Source: a virus (Duplodnaviria > Caudoviricetes). Taken from it: a DNA stretch of 36,905 nucleotides. The stretch spans positions 1 to 36,905 of IMG/VR virus record IMGVR_UViG_3300030376_006487. One strand, 5' to 3'. The notes below the pieces were generated by a model, which worked only from the letters and a program-made list of their open reading frames with translations, was not told the DNA's origin and did not search any database. The translations under genes and the position numbers were made by a program. Below are positions 6,407 through 16,010 of this stretch, one piece after another. Positions within the stretch are counted from its first letter, which is position 1. Every line of letters begins with the position of its first letter.

Positions 6407-7070
6407 AATATTGATCGACTCTCCTTAAAAATTCATGTTTATAATGCTTCAACTGAGCACCTGATATAATAAACTCCTGATAATAATTGTCAACGGAACA
6501 CATCATAATCATCGCCTTGTCAATAGAGGTCCCATAAATATAGTCATGCGCCATAGCGTAAGCCGATAGCTGCATAAAATAATCCTCGATCCACTCTTCA
6601 CGTTTGGGTTTATTCGTCTGTTTGAAGTCAATGATTGTGATCTCACCGTCGTGTTTCGCGACCAAATCAGCACTACCGGCATACAATCCAGGGTAATACA
6701 TCAGGGCCTCGATACCGTAATACCCCTCTAGACGGTCCTTTAAACCATTTTTTATGATCTGTGTTGCCATGCTATGAGCATTTTGACCAATCGGAGTCAA
6801 ATCTAAGTGCTGTTGACCGGATACCCACCCTTCAATGATATGGTGCATCGACGTTCCGCGTTTCGAGGCGTCCGCTACAATCTTCTTGGCCTTCTCTTCG
6901 CCAATTCTTTTCCGCCATTCTTTCAAAAACGATTTGTCTTTTGTCTCTCCTAGTATGGTTGTGACACTCGCCAACGCTATCTGATCTTTGACATCATAGG
7001 TCCGGCCTTTACCTTCCATGTCGCTTCGAACAAACGACGTCGGATAATAAAATTCATTAATCTTTTCCAT
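6384..7070 (-). CDS. PD-(D/E)xK exonuclease (RecB/Cas4/MGME1-like)
   Basis: SVTTIL, RGT..H..E, GSADLV, IIDFK and YFMQLSAYA motifs. Confidence 0.85.
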   Translation of the reverse strand: MEKINEFYYPTSFVRSDMEGKGRTYDVKDQIALASVTTILGETKDKSFLKEWRKRIGEEKAKKIVADASKRGTSMHHIIEGWVSGQQHLDLTPIGQNAHSMATQIIKNGLKDRLEGYYGIEALMYYPGLYAGSADLVAKHDGEITIIDFKQTNKPKREEWIEDYFMQLSAYAMAHDYIYGTSIDKAMIMMCSVDNYYQEFIISGAQLKHYKHEFLRRVDQYYGNFSST

Positions 7071-7359
7071 CTATCTCCTTCCAGGGAATATACCGGAGGC
7101 GTACTCCCATTTCTTTTTGTTCTTCGGATAGCGCACGATAAATACGTCCACCTTCATCATGCGTTCCCGATTTTGTTTTCCGAGTGCTTTCGGTTTTAAC
7201 ATCTACTAAAAAACTATTTCCCTTGTCATCCGTGACAACAAGATCAAAAGGACACAAAGGGTCCAATGATAGGGAAACATAAAAACCATTCTTGGTATAT
7301 TCTGCAGCTGCTATTAACTCCGAACTAATGCCTTTAATCGATTTTAGATTAGTGGCCAT
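7057..7359 (-). CDS. Small PD-(D/E)xK endonuclease-like protein
   Basis: KG..SE..A helix, PFDLVV and VDVK motifs. Confidence 0.7.
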   Translation of the reverse strand: MATNLKSIKGISSELIAAAEYTKNGFYVSLSLDPLCPFDLVVTDDKGNSFLVDVKTESTRKTKSGTHDEGGRIYRALSEEQKEMGVRLRYIPWKEIDGKD

Positions 7360-7362
7360 GCT

Positions 7363-7554
7363 TCAACTCTTGTGATAAGTAAGACGGTAATCATCACCAA
7401 CGATACTTTCATGTAATACAGGTCGCTCAACTTTGATATGTCCTTTCCCATTACAACGAGAACATTTCAACACAACGCTCTCGTTCTTATTCCTTCTTGT
7501 TTCTATGTAGCCTAGTCCTTGGCATTCACCACATTTGAATTTAGTTTTTGCCAT
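7363..7554 (-). CDS. Small protein with DnaJ-type zinc finger
   Basis: Two CxxCxGxG repeats (CGECQGLG, CSRCNGKG). Confidence 0.8.
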   Translation of the reverse strand: MAKTKFKCGECQGLGYIETRRNKNESVVLKCSRCNGKGHIKVERPVLHESIVGDDYRLTYHKS

Positions 7555-7702
7555 TTTTCTTTTTAGTTTCTTTGCGAGCTAGATATTCAATAGTCTTTGA
7601 TATTGTCAAAGGCGCTTCAAATATTTCTTTGCTTAGATCAACTAAAATTTTGTACGTCTCATTTGGTACGGATACCGATTTATATTTTTGTGTGTCTGGC
7701 AT
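7541..7702 (-). CDS. Small putative ribbon-helix-helix DNA-binding protein (53 aa), absent from ORF track
   Basis: AAGGAG RBS; MPDTQKYKSVSVPNETYKILVDLSK...TISKTIEYLARKE gives a strand-helix-helix pattern. Confidence 0.65.
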   Translation of the reverse strand: MPDTQKYKSVSVPNETYKILVDLSKEIFEAPLTISKTIEYLARKETKKKNGKN

Positions 7703-7868
7703 TCTTCTTCTCCTTCATTAATGATAATATGATATTGCCTGCTTCTTGTTCTGTATTGGCAAAACTAAAATCACCAATCTCATGTTTGATTACAACGTTC
7801 AAAAATTCTGCAAGAGTCTTGCCTTTCATTTCTGCTACACGTTCTAATTGTTTGTCTATTACGTACAT
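7680..7868 (-). CDS. Hypothetical protein (62 aa)
   Basis: GAAGG RBS; first gene after an AT-rich intergenic gap. Confidence 0.65.
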   Translation of the reverse strand: MYVIDKQLERVAEMKGKTLAEFLNVVIKHEIGDFSFANTEQEAGNIILSLMKEKKNARHTKI

Positions 7869-7902
7869 CTTGTACCTTCTTTCTATTTATTATTATATGG
7901 GA

Positions 7903-7931
7903 TAATATACTACAAAATAGAGAGTTGACAA
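7903..7931 (-). promoter_or_regulatory. Possible leftward promoter
   Basis: On the minus strand TTGTCA, 16-18 nt, TATATT/TATTAT, followed by TCCCA (a motif also found in the early promoters). Confidence 0.4.
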
Positions 7932-7949
7932 AGAAAAAAATATAATAAA

Positions 7950-8011
7950 AAATGAAGGTTCTTCTTCACTTTTGTTGCTCGTCCTATCGTCCGATAGGGC
8001 GGGCCCTCTTT
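7950..8011 (+). ncRNA. Candidate short antisense-oriented sRNA / hairpin
   Basis: 12-bp stem at 7977-7988/7993-8004 with two G-U pairs valid only on the + strand; small upstream stem TGAAG/CTTCA; TTGACA at 7925. Confidence 0.3.
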
Positions 8012-8183
8012 ACAGGTTACTTTCTATGTCTTTTTGTAAATCGTGAATTTCTAAGGCAATACGATTAAGATCATCGATTAATTCTTGGCTTCTATTAGAG
8101 GCATCACCTTGATATTTTTTTCGTATGTTTTTAACAACACGGTGTAAAACTTTTAATTGACGTAAGTATAATTCTTCTCTCAT
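8010..8183 (-). CDS. Small coiled-coil hypothetical protein (57 aa), absent from ORF track
   Basis: TAATG coupling with the upstream gene; MREELYLRQLKVLHRVV...IESNL*. Confidence 0.65.
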   Translation of the reverse strand: MREELYLRQLKVLHRVVKNIRKKYQGDASNRSQELIDDLNRIALEIHDLQKDIESNL

Positions 8184-8821
8184 TATTTACTCTCTTTCAA
8201 ATTATAAAAATAGTTAGTGTCATCACCCGCGGTCCACTTACTTTCAGTCTCGACATTATATTCGATAGTAGAAACTTTGAAGTCAGGTGTCTTTAATTCT
8301 GCCGGTGTCAGTGATTTATCAAAGAACAAACAACGATTATTTGGTTGAGCTGCGAAATGTTTATTGTCTAATCCTAATATATTAAACGACTTGTGTTCTT
8401 CTGGCATTTCTGAATATCCACTGTTCATTGTATTGGCATCAGAATGACAATTATCAATTGTAAATAAATACTCTCCGGCGTGCCAGGATTTTGAAGGCGC
8501 TAAGTATTTTGCCTTACAGCCCGCGATGCTCGATTTACTAATCACTGTTAAATGATAACTAAAAGCATCCCATAGTTCTAATTCTTCTAAAGGTAAATCT
8601 AATTCTGTGGGTTCTGATACAAAAGCAGAGATAGGAAGCTTATCATAGAGTGCTCCATACTCTGGTAGATATGTTTCAAAATATAATGCTCGACCTTCAA
8701 TAGATTTACAGGTCACCCAAATACCTTCAACAAATTCACCATGACCTTTTTGATGATCATAGAGATATTGTTTTTTTACAAAAACTTTAGTGGGTGGTAC
8801 GTTCGCTACTAGAAAGCTCAT
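8183..8821 (-). CDS. Conserved phage hypothetical protein (212 aa)
   Basis: GGAGG RBS; motifs YDKLPISAF, LELWD, YLFTID, EHKSFN and QPNNR. Confidence 0.8.
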   Translation of the reverse strand: MSFLVANVPPTKVFVKKQYLYDHQKGHGEFVEGIWVTCKSIEGRALYFETYLPEYGALYDKLPISAFVSEPTELDLPLEELELWDAFSYHLTVISKSSIAGCKAKYLAPSKSWHAGEYLFTIDNCHSDANTMNSGYSEMPEEHKSFNILGLDNKHFAAQPNNRCLFFDKSLTPAELKTPDFKVSTIEYNVETESKWTAGDDTNYFYNLKESK

Positions 8822-8969
8822 TATGGTCCTCCTTGGGTAAATATACTTCTACAAAACTTTTACAATTAGGACAGCTTAAATTTGTCACAATAAGATACTC
8901 TTCATCTTCTTCGCCAATATCATGATCTCCACCCCATATTAATTGTGTATTACAATGCCAACAGTTCAT
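8787..8969 (-). CDS. Small zinc-ribbon protein (60 aa)
   Basis: CWHC...CPNC; the ATG at 8969 overlaps the polymerase stop. Confidence 0.75.
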   Translation of the reverse strand: MNCWHCNTQLIWGGDHDIGEEDEEYLIVTNLSCPNCKSFVEVYLPKEDHNELSSSERTTH

Positions 8970-10828
8970 TTTATATCTCCCCAACTCTGTCCTTTTTCAT
9001 AGTCAACTTTGTTAGGGACTTCGAGTTTAACAGCTTCTTCCATAACCTCAATTATTTTCTGAGCCTGTTCTGGGTTTTCTACAGAAACATCCAATTCATC
9101 ATGTATTTGAATCATAGGAATAATCCCTTCTCGATACAATTTGACCATAGCAATCTTCGTCATATCAGCAGCACTACCTTGAATGAGTTTGTTTAAAGCC
9201 TTGTAAGTAAATGCTCTTTTAATCCCCGGTCCATGTTCCGCTAGTGCGTCTGCGTGAGCCAATGGTTTATGAATACCAAAGCTAGCCGGCTCCCATAAAT
9301 CAAAATGACAAACACGACCACCAATAGTGCGAATACGTCCTCGTTCTTGGGCTCTACGTGATACAGCATCAATCAACTGTTTCACGAATGGAGCTCGCTC
9401 ATGATATTTTTTTAACAGTTTCTCTGCTTGTTCGACTAACAATCCTAGTTCTGCCATGAGTTTATTCTTACCCATGCCATACATCAAACCTAAGTTAATT
9501 GTCTTGGCATCTTTTCTATCAATGTCAGCCATCTCTGCTACTGCTTGATGGAAGTCTGCATCACCTTCACGATACGCGTCCACAATATCACTAACACCTT
9601 GTAGCTGTGATAGAGCTGCGTAATGAACCACGATCCTCGGTTCTTGTTGAGAATAATCGAAAGCACCCCATATACAGTTCTCTTCTGGTAAAAATAAACT
9701 ACGAATTAACGGACCAATCTTCTTACTTCGAGCGGGGATTTGCTGAAGATTGGGATTGGAATAAGAAAATCGGCCCGTTACCGTTCCACCGTCATCAGAT
9801 CGTATTTGATTGATGTCCGCATGAATTCTTCCTTTGTGCTCATGTTCTAAAATTGTATCAATAAAAGTTGTATGTGCTTTGTTTATTTCTCTCGCCTGAG
9901 CAATGGCTTGTGCAATTTCATTAGGATGTTGTGATAAAAAGTTCTTGGTAAAACTAGGAGCTCCTGTAGCTGTTTGATCATAGGGTAATTTGAGTTTGTC
10001 AAAAACTTTAGCTATTGATGTAGCTGCCCATATCTCTACATTCATTCCTGTTTCTTTTTTTATTTTTTGTAAGAATTGTTTTTCTTCTTTGACTAAATCT
10101 TTTTTTACAATGTGAGCTTTCTCCAGGTCTACTCGTACTCCTTGAAATCTCATATCAACTAAACAAGGAAATAGTTCTGTTTCTACATTAAAAATATCCC
10201 ATAAATCTTGCGATGTAATCTCTTGTTGTAATCGCTCCCATAGTTTCAATGTCGCTACGGCGTCTTGTTCAGCATACTCTCCGACATGCATCGCCGGTAA
10301 TCGCCACATTTCTTTTTTAGGATTGATACCCCATTCTTTTGCAGCTTCAAATAATATCTTTTCATTTTTACCTACACCAACATATTCTCTGGCTAGAGAG
10401 TTCAAGTTATATCTCAGTCTATTCTCATTGACTAAAGACCCTGCTATCATGGTGTCAACAATACGTCCATTAATCTGTAAACCATAGGCACGTATCCATG
10501 ATACGTCATACATAGCATTGTGAAATATTTTTGTAGCCGGAGTTTTCAAAACATCTTTGAACCAATCCATAACAATTTTTTTGTCAATGTTACCACCACC
10601 TTCATGGCCAATAGGAAAGTATCCCGACCAACCTTCAACAGCTACAGCAATACCGACAATCTCTCCGTCATCACGAACGCTCCCCGATCCACGGGTCGTT
10701 AGATTTGGATCTCTTGTCTCTAAGTCAATCGCAATCTCTTTGGCTTGTGATAAATCTTTTAGTTCATCCGGTGGTGTCCACTCCGTTTGTGGAGAAAACA
10801 TGGGTATCTGTAAACTATTTTTTGTCAA
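8966..10828 (-). CDS. polA: Family A DNA polymerase with 3'-5' exonuclease domain
   Basis: Exonuclease motifs DLET, HNAMYD, DTMI and YAEQDA; TGRFS..NPNLQQIP; motif A DYSQQEPR; motif B RKDAKTINLGLMYG; motif C IHDEL. Confidence 0.97.
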   Translation of the reverse strand: MTKNSLQIPMFSPQTEWTPPDELKDLSQAKEIAIDLETRDPNLTTRGSGSVRDDGEIVGIAVAVEGWSGYFPIGHEGGGNIDKKIVMDWFKDVLKTPATKIFHNAMYDVSWIRAYGLQINGRIVDTMIAGSLVNENRLRYNLNSLAREYVGVGKNEKILFEAAKEWGINPKKEMWRLPAMHVGEYAEQDAVATLKLWERLQQEITSQDLWDIFNVETELFPCLVDMRFQGVRVDLEKAHIVKKDLVKEEKQFLQKIKKETGMNVEIWAATSIAKVFDKLKLPYDQTATGAPSFTKNFLSQHPNEIAQAIAQAREINKAHTTFIDTILEHEHKGRIHADINQIRSDDGGTVTGRFSYSNPNLQQIPARSKKIGPLIRSLFLPEENCIWGAFDYSQQEPRIVVHYAALSQLQGVSDIVDAYREGDADFHQAVAEMADIDRKDAKTINLGLMYGMGKNKLMAELGLLVEQAEKLLKKYHERAPFVKQLIDAVSRRAQERGRIRTIGGRVCHFDLWEPASFGIHKPLAHADALAEHGPGIKRAFTYKALNKLIQGSAADMTKIAMVKLYREGIIPMIQIHDELDVSVENPEQAQKIIEVMEEAVKLEVPNKVDYEKGQSWGDIK

Positions 10829-11009
10829 AATATCGTTCTTTCAAATTATCTAAATGAGATTGGTTCATTGCTTTATTAATATCTTGATGCAAAACCGTCA
10901 AAGAACCTATAGGTAATTCTACAGGAAAATGTTTATTTTTATAAAACTTATCAACTTCTTTATCTGTTAGAGAAACTAATAGTTTTTTATCTTGATATAT
11001 TATTCTCAT
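10815..11009 (-). CDS. Hypothetical protein (64 aa)
   Basis: Overlaps both neighbours in the operon. Confidence 0.7.
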   Translation of the reverse strand: MRIIYQDKKLLVSLTDKEVDKFYKNKHFPVELPIGSLTVLHQDINKAMNQSHLDNLKERYFDKK

Positions 11010-12514
11010 AGTGAATAGGACCTTTCATAATTTTTAGGACTGACAATGTGTAGTTCTTTTTTTGCTCTCGTCGTTGCAACATAAAATAATCTGTGAAGTT
11101 CATCTGGACTTTTATCACTTTGATCTAATGCAGCTTTGGTTAAATCAGGTAACACTAAAACTTTATCAGCTTCACCACCTTTAGCTCCATGTATCGTAGA
11201 TAATAAAATTCTAGGATTACGATTTATCTTTTCCCCGTTTGCTCTCATATTTCTAACGTAGTTCTCTGTCATTGTATCTAATTTATCAAAACTTTCAAAC
11301 CATACTTTGTCTGATAATAGGCCATGTTCTTCTTGACATTGTGATAAATAATACTTTGTGTTAGAATGTAATGTTTTACCATCACGAAACCCTGGAGCAA
11401 CATTCGCACCTAAATAAGAATAGATACTTTTAATTTCTAAATTTGTTAAAAGTTCTTTCTTTCTCCATGACTCCCAATTTGATATTGCCAGCAATAATTC
11501 TAGTGATATAGAATTTTTTCCTCGATGTTGATAATACCAACCTTGTAATTCACATAACTCTTTAACATCATCTAAAAAATAATGTGCGGTTGATAATACC
11601 AACCATTGTCCTTCACTCATGTCAACCTGTGTGACATCACTATGATATTTTAATACACCTGTTTCTTCTCTGGGTTTGTAAACTTTATCGTATCGATTAG
11701 AAACGTTTGCAATAATTCTTTGTGATAGTTCATGAATAGGTCCACCAGGTATCCTGTAAGATTGTTCTAAAACTTTTATCTCATCGACTTCTTCTTTCAA
11801 TGCAATGAAGTGATCAATGTCTGCTCCAGCCCACTGAAAGATTGCTTGATCATCATCCCCTGCTATATAAGTTTTCTTTGATTTGTTCCACATCGTGCGA
11901 ACCATTTGCCATTGCAAATAAGATAAGTCTTGTGCTTCATCAATAAACAAAACATCAAACTCTGGTGACATATCCTTATCAATAAAATCCAATAGTAAGT
12001 CTGTAAAATCTTTCATGTTTCTTTCTTGTTTGTATCGAGATAATTCTTTGTCAATCAAATACAAAGTGTCTCTTTCAATATCTAAAAGATGTTCGTTTCG
12101 ATCGTATTGTTCGAGTACAGAAATGCCTTTAACCTTAGCTTTTTCAATGGTTTTGAGATACTCATTGTCAGAATTAAAGATACCGTCTTCATCAGAATAT
12201 GCTGCAGCTTTGATAGGAATACCACACTTCATACCAAAGTCTCTGTAGTCCTGTGGCCTCATCATTCCTTCTTTTGTTGCTGCTAAAAATCGAAAAGCAA
12301 ACGAATGAAGAGTACGAAAGAAAATTAAATCTTCTTTTTCATCAAGATTAAATTTGTCGACAGCTCTTTGCTTTGCTTCATTAGCCGCTTTTTTGGTAAA
12401 AGAAAAATATCCTATTCTTTTTGGTCGAACACCTTGTTGAATAAACTGATCTACCAAGTTTAGTAAAGTTGTTGTCTTACCTGTTCCTGGTGGTCCTAGT
12501 ATTATCGTTTTCAC
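11006..12514 (-). CDS. UvrD/Rep-like superfamily 1 DNA helicase
   Basis: GPPGTGKTT, TLHS, DEAQD, GDDDQAIF, QSYR, STIHGAKGGE and YVATTRAK motifs. Confidence 0.95.
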   Translation of the reverse strand: MKTIILGPPGTGKTTTLLNLVDQFIQQGVRPKRIGYFSFTKKAANEAKQRAVDKFNLDEKEDLIFFRTLHSFAFRFLAATKEGMMRPQDYRDFGMKCGIPIKAAAYSDEDGIFNSDNEYLKTIEKAKVKGISVLEQYDRNEHLLDIERDTLYLIDKELSRYKQERNMKDFTDLLLDFIDKDMSPEFDVLFIDEAQDLSYLQWQMVRTMWNKSKKTYIAGDDDQAIFQWAGADIDHFIALKEEVDEIKVLEQSYRIPGGPIHELSQRIIANVSNRYDKVYKPREETGVLKYHSDVTQVDMSEGQWLVLSTAHYFLDDVKELCELQGWYYQHRGKNSISLELLLAISNWESWRKKELLTNLEIKSIYSYLGANVAPGFRDGKTLHSNTKYYLSQCQEEHGLLSDKVWFESFDKLDTMTENYVRNMRANGEKINRNPRILLSTIHGAKGGEADKVLVLPDLTKAALDQSDKSPDELHRLFYVATTRAKKELHIVSPKNYERSYSL

Positions 12515-12681
12515 CTTTTTCTCACTTTTCTATCATAGTGCTCCTTGTTATAACATTTGATGCAATAGTGTTCGTCAACTTTTGTTTTTCTTCCAGGTTG
12601 AAGAACATTCTCAATAGTAATAACCATTGAGCGAGAATATTTTCTATCACACTCTATACATCTAATAATGGTCGTCTGCAT
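12511..12681 (-). CDS. Small zinc-finger protein (56 aa), absent from ORF track
   Basis: GGAG RBS; MQTTIIRCIECDRK...YCIKCYNK...KR*; GTGA overlap with the helicase start. Confidence 0.7.
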   Translation of the reverse strand: MQTTIIRCIECDRKYSRSMVITIENVLQPGRKTKVDEHYCIKCYNKEHYDRKVRKR

Positions 12682-14182
12682 ACTTCACTCCGGATATACT
12701 AGGTTCTGATTTCTTCATTGCTTTTATTTTAACAATACGAGGTGTTTGATTTTTCAAAGTCATACGAACTTCTTCTACAAATACCCCTGCTTGTTTTAAT
12801 AAATTACCTGTCTTGGTTTTATCTAACTCCCAATTATTTCTTTTTGCAAAATTGTAAAAGTCTTCCAATCTAAAATGACTATGATTATCATCGGTCCACG
12901 ACATTTTGTTCAGCATGTCTTCTTTGGTTCTTGCAGCTGGACGGTTCACTGTAAAGTCATACAATAAATTTTCTAATTGATTGTCATGATTTAATGACTC
13001 CAAAGGTTTTATCTCTTGTAGATTTTCTAATAACTCTTTGAGTATGACCTGTCTCCAATCTCTTGGTTGTACGCCTGCAACAACAATGTTCGCTTGATCT
13101 AAACAACATAATGCAAACATATTAGGGTTATGTAATTCTTCTGATTTTAATTTAATAACTTTACTGTCGACTTCTAAAAACCATTCTGGTGGATTAGAAG
13201 TTATCTTTGTTAAATTTTTTAGTTCTGGTAATTGTTCATCCTCAAAACCAACACCATGTTTTTTTGTTTTACATAAACCCGATTGACAAACAGAATTAAT
13301 TGGTGCGTCTTTACATCGATATTTGTCATAACCTTTTCGTTCTAAAGATTTGATGACACCTAAAACTTCTGCAGCTTTGAGTTGTGGTGTTACGTATTGT
13401 TGGTTTGCTTCTTCTAATAAATCTTTCCAATTATCTGGATCAACTTTTTTGTAGAACACTCCAATATTGAATAAAGCATTGTTTCTACTACCTTCTCCAA
13501 AGCCTTCTTCTGCTAATTTATTAAGACAAGGAGGCCCGTCTTCAAACACTTCTTTAATTTTAGGTTTGACAATTTTTATTTCATCTAATGAAACCTCGGT
13601 CAGCGATACACGATCATACAGTTCAATAAACTCTTCGAGTTGTAGTGCGTCTCCATTTTCATTCAAAGCGTATCGCATGCTTTTGATACCACCGTGATAC
13701 GGTAGATTTAAAAAACTACCTAAGTGTCCTTCTTTGACTAACACTTCATCTTGTTTCGGAAATATTTCTGATGATTGATAACCTAGTAGATCAGCAATCG
13801 CTTTGAGTTTTATTCTCATCAGCTTCGCTGATACAAACTCTTTTACAAATAAAAATACATGTGCTCCACCAGACTTTGATCGAAACACGACCATCGGTAG
13901 ATTATGTTTTTGAATTTTTTGAATTAATTTTTTATGGTCTAAATTATAAATATCAATATCAATACAGCCCCACTTACACTGATTGTTTTCGTTAATAGGT
14001 ATAATACCTAGCGCCGGTGGTTCACCGTCTAAATGTTTTTGCCATAATTCATCGGTAACGATCTTTCTTTCAAATCCCGATTTTACTTTTTCTTTTCCAC
14101 GGTCATCACGTTCACCTGTTTTGTATGTATAACCATGAGCTTCATTGAAGCCTTGAAATATTTCTTTAAATCTTTCTCGCAT
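12662..14182 (-). CDS. DNA primase (archaeo-eukaryotic primase-type catalytic domain plus PriCT-like domain)
   Basis: WGCIDID, RSKSGGAH, EIFPKQ, LNLPY and PPCL...EGSRNNALF motifs. Confidence 0.8.
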   Translation of the reverse strand: MRERFKEIFQGFNEAHGYTYKTGERDDRGKEKVKSGFERKIVTDELWQKHLDGEPPALGIIPINENNQCKWGCIDIDIYNLDHKKLIQKIQKHNLPMVVFRSKSGGAHVFLFVKEFVSAKLMRIKLKAIADLLGYQSSEIFPKQDEVLVKEGHLGSFLNLPYHGGIKSMRYALNENGDALQLEEFIELYDRVSLTEVSLDEIKIVKPKIKEVFEDGPPCLNKLAEEGFGEGSRNNALFNIGVFYKKVDPDNWKDLLEEANQQYVTPQLKAAEVLGVIKSLERKGYDKYRCKDAPINSVCQSGLCKTKKHGVGFEDEQLPELKNLTKITSNPPEWFLEVDSKVIKLKSEELHNPNMFALCCLDQANIVVAGVQPRDWRQVILKELLENLQEIKPLESLNHDNQLENLLYDFTVNRPAARTKEDMLNKMSWTDDNHSHFRLEDFYNFAKRNNWELDKTKTGNLLKQAGVFVEEVRMTLKNQTPRIVKIKAMKKSEPSISGVKYADDHY

Positions 14183-14197
14183 ATTATCCCCTATGTT

Positions 14198-14219
14198 AGT
14201 GGGGCCCTAAGACCCCACT
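14198..14219 (-). terminator. Intergenic hairpin after the SSB-like gene (attenuator or mRNA-stabilising; no U-tract)
   Basis: Minus strand AGTGGGGTC-ttag-GGCCCCACT. Confidence 0.5.
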
Positions 14220-14230
14220 GTTGAGCGACC

Positions 14231-15016
14231 CTAAAAGGGAACTTTGTCTTCTGTTTCTTCACCGCCGTGTTTCGCTTGTACATCTCCTTTAGAGACACTT
14301 TCAGCAAAACTTTTTGCTTGTTCATAGATTGACATGTCTTGAACAGGTCCAACCTTACCAACTGACCATGTAGACCATGTACCTTTTTTGTTGGACATCT
14401 CTACTGTTTTAAGTTGATACAAGTGACTAAACATCGGTGGTGTAAACTTCCCGTTTGTTCCTTGAAGTTTGATACCACTAATCATGGAGTTCCATTGTCT
14501 ACTTGTTTTAAGACTAGTGGACTTCATCGTAATCAAAGCAGTTTCTGCGCTTCCATCATCACTACATACCATGACATAATATGATGCAGTGTTTTCTAAA
14601 TAGTTACCATTTGGTAATCTATCTTTACCCATTGCATCTCTGTTGGCTGTATTGATGACATCAGAATTAGCAGGATGAACAGCTATGGGAGCACCAGGTC
14701 CTTCACCTCTATCGGACCATTCGATATACTCTCTTTTATAATAACAAGGTACCACTGTGATACCTTTGTCACCATTATACAGTTCTTTGGAAACTGTATT
14801 AAAGAGCATACCAGGTTCTGCACCTTCCACATACTCAGCCTTAGATTTCTTAACTTGCGGAGATAAATCACCTAAGATTCTTATGAAAGGTAGAGCTAAG
14901 TCATCGCCCCCCATTTGTTCCATGCCTTTGTGGGCATCGCTTTCAAACATACTTGCCATTGGCAAGTTGTCTTTTTTTACGTCTACGCTATTCGCGGTCT
15001 TCGTTTCTTGTTTCAT
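14231..15016 (-). CDS. Putative single-stranded DNA-binding protein
   Basis: Located next to the primase; acidic C-terminal tail ending EETEDKVPF, like SSB C-termini. Confidence 0.55.
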   Translation of the reverse strand: MKQETKTANSVDVKKDNLPMASMFESDAHKGMEQMGGDDLALPFIRILGDLSPQVKKSKAEYVEGAEPGMLFNTVSKELYNGDKGITVVPCYYKREYIEWSDRGEGPGAPIAVHPANSDVINTANRDAMGKDRLPNGNYLENTASYYVMVCSDDGSAETALITMKSTSLKTSRQWNSMISGIKLQGTNGKFTPPMFSHLYQLKTVEMSNKKGTWSTWSVGKVGPVQDMSIYEQAKSFAESVSKGDVQAKHGGEETEDKVPF

Positions 15017-15029
15017 GTTTCTCGTTCCT

Positions 15030-15596
15030 TTATTTTTTACGGGTTATTTTAGTTTCATCTTTAATATAAATATTAAAGAGATCAGAGGGCATGTCCAACC
15101 CGTTTTGAACACGCTCTCTGAATAACGCTCTCAATGTGGATGGTTCAACCTTTTGAGATTGTTCGGGTTCATATCCACTTGATGCGGCAAGACCTAGAAA
15201 TTCTTCGGCCTTGTTATCCTCGCCGGTGCCGAAGCTCACAGCAACATTGTTTTTAATAATGTCACCTAAGCCTTCCTTGCGAAGCCATTCATGCGCCTTT
15301 TCTTTAAGTTCTGAATCAGCCTTGACAGTGCAGCTAAATTTTTTCTTAACCTCCACTTTACTTCCGTCAAGCATATTCAAAGACGCTAAACCTTGTTCTG
15401 ATAAAAGATTAGGAATTACTTCCGAACTAATAACATCTCTTCTGTTTTCAAGACTTTTAAGTTCTGCTTCTTTATCAGATATTAATTTATCTAAATCCAA
15501 CATCTCTTGACACTTTGATGCCAACTGTTGAATGTTATCTGTGTTCGATGCAAAAGACTCTTGGTCTTTTTCCATCTCTTTCATAAGATCGCTCAT
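15030..15596 (-). CDS. Conserved replication-module protein (coiled-coil N-terminus)
   Basis: GAAAGGA RBS before MSDLMKEM; motifs WLR..GLGDIIKN and VEPSTLRA. Confidence 0.75.
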   Translation of the reverse strand: MSDLMKEMEKDQESFASNTDNIQQLASKCQEMLDLDKLISDKEAELKSLENRRDVISSEVIPNLLSEQGLASLNMLDGSKVEVKKKFSCTVKADSELKEKAHEWLRKEGLGDIIKNNVAVSFGTGEDNKAEEFLGLAASSGYEPEQSQKVEPSTLRALFRERVQNGLDMPSDLFNIYIKDETKITRKK

Positions 15597-15600
15597 TGCT

Positions 15601-15999
15601 TTATCCTTTCTTGTATAAGTCAATACTTAATGGATAATATTTAAACTCTCTTTTATCCCATTTCAAGAGATTAAATTTACCCGTAGTGATATCACTGACA
15701 ATAGCTGTTGATAAGCCAATAACAGCAGGATCACCGGTGCACAGAATATAATCCTGGGCACGAAAGTCCTGTAAGTTTTTTCTCATTTTAAAAACAAAAG
15801 GACCTGTACTAAAAACTATTTGCGATAGCTGCGGTAAGCAGATAACTAAATAGCCGAAGTTAGACGCACTAAGAATATTGATATTCTCAGGGGGATGCTG
15901 AAGAACGTACACAAAAGTCTCTTCAGGGTTGTCTTTTTTAAATTTCAAAAACTCTTCTAAGCTTTTGGGTTTATATAATTCAAATATTTTATTCTTCAT
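15601..15999 (-). CDS. Conserved hypothetical protein
   Basis: GAAGGAAG RBS before MKNKIFELY; motifs DYILCTGDP and LLKWD. Confidence 0.75.
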   Translation of the reverse strand: MKNKIFELYKPKSLEEFLKFKKDNPEETFVYVLQHPPENINILSASNFGYLVICLPQLSQIVFSTGPFVFKMRKNLQDFRAQDYILCTGDPAVIGLSTAIVSDITTGKFNLLKWDKREFKYYPLSIDLYKKG

Positions 16000-16010
16000 T
16001 TTATTCTTCC

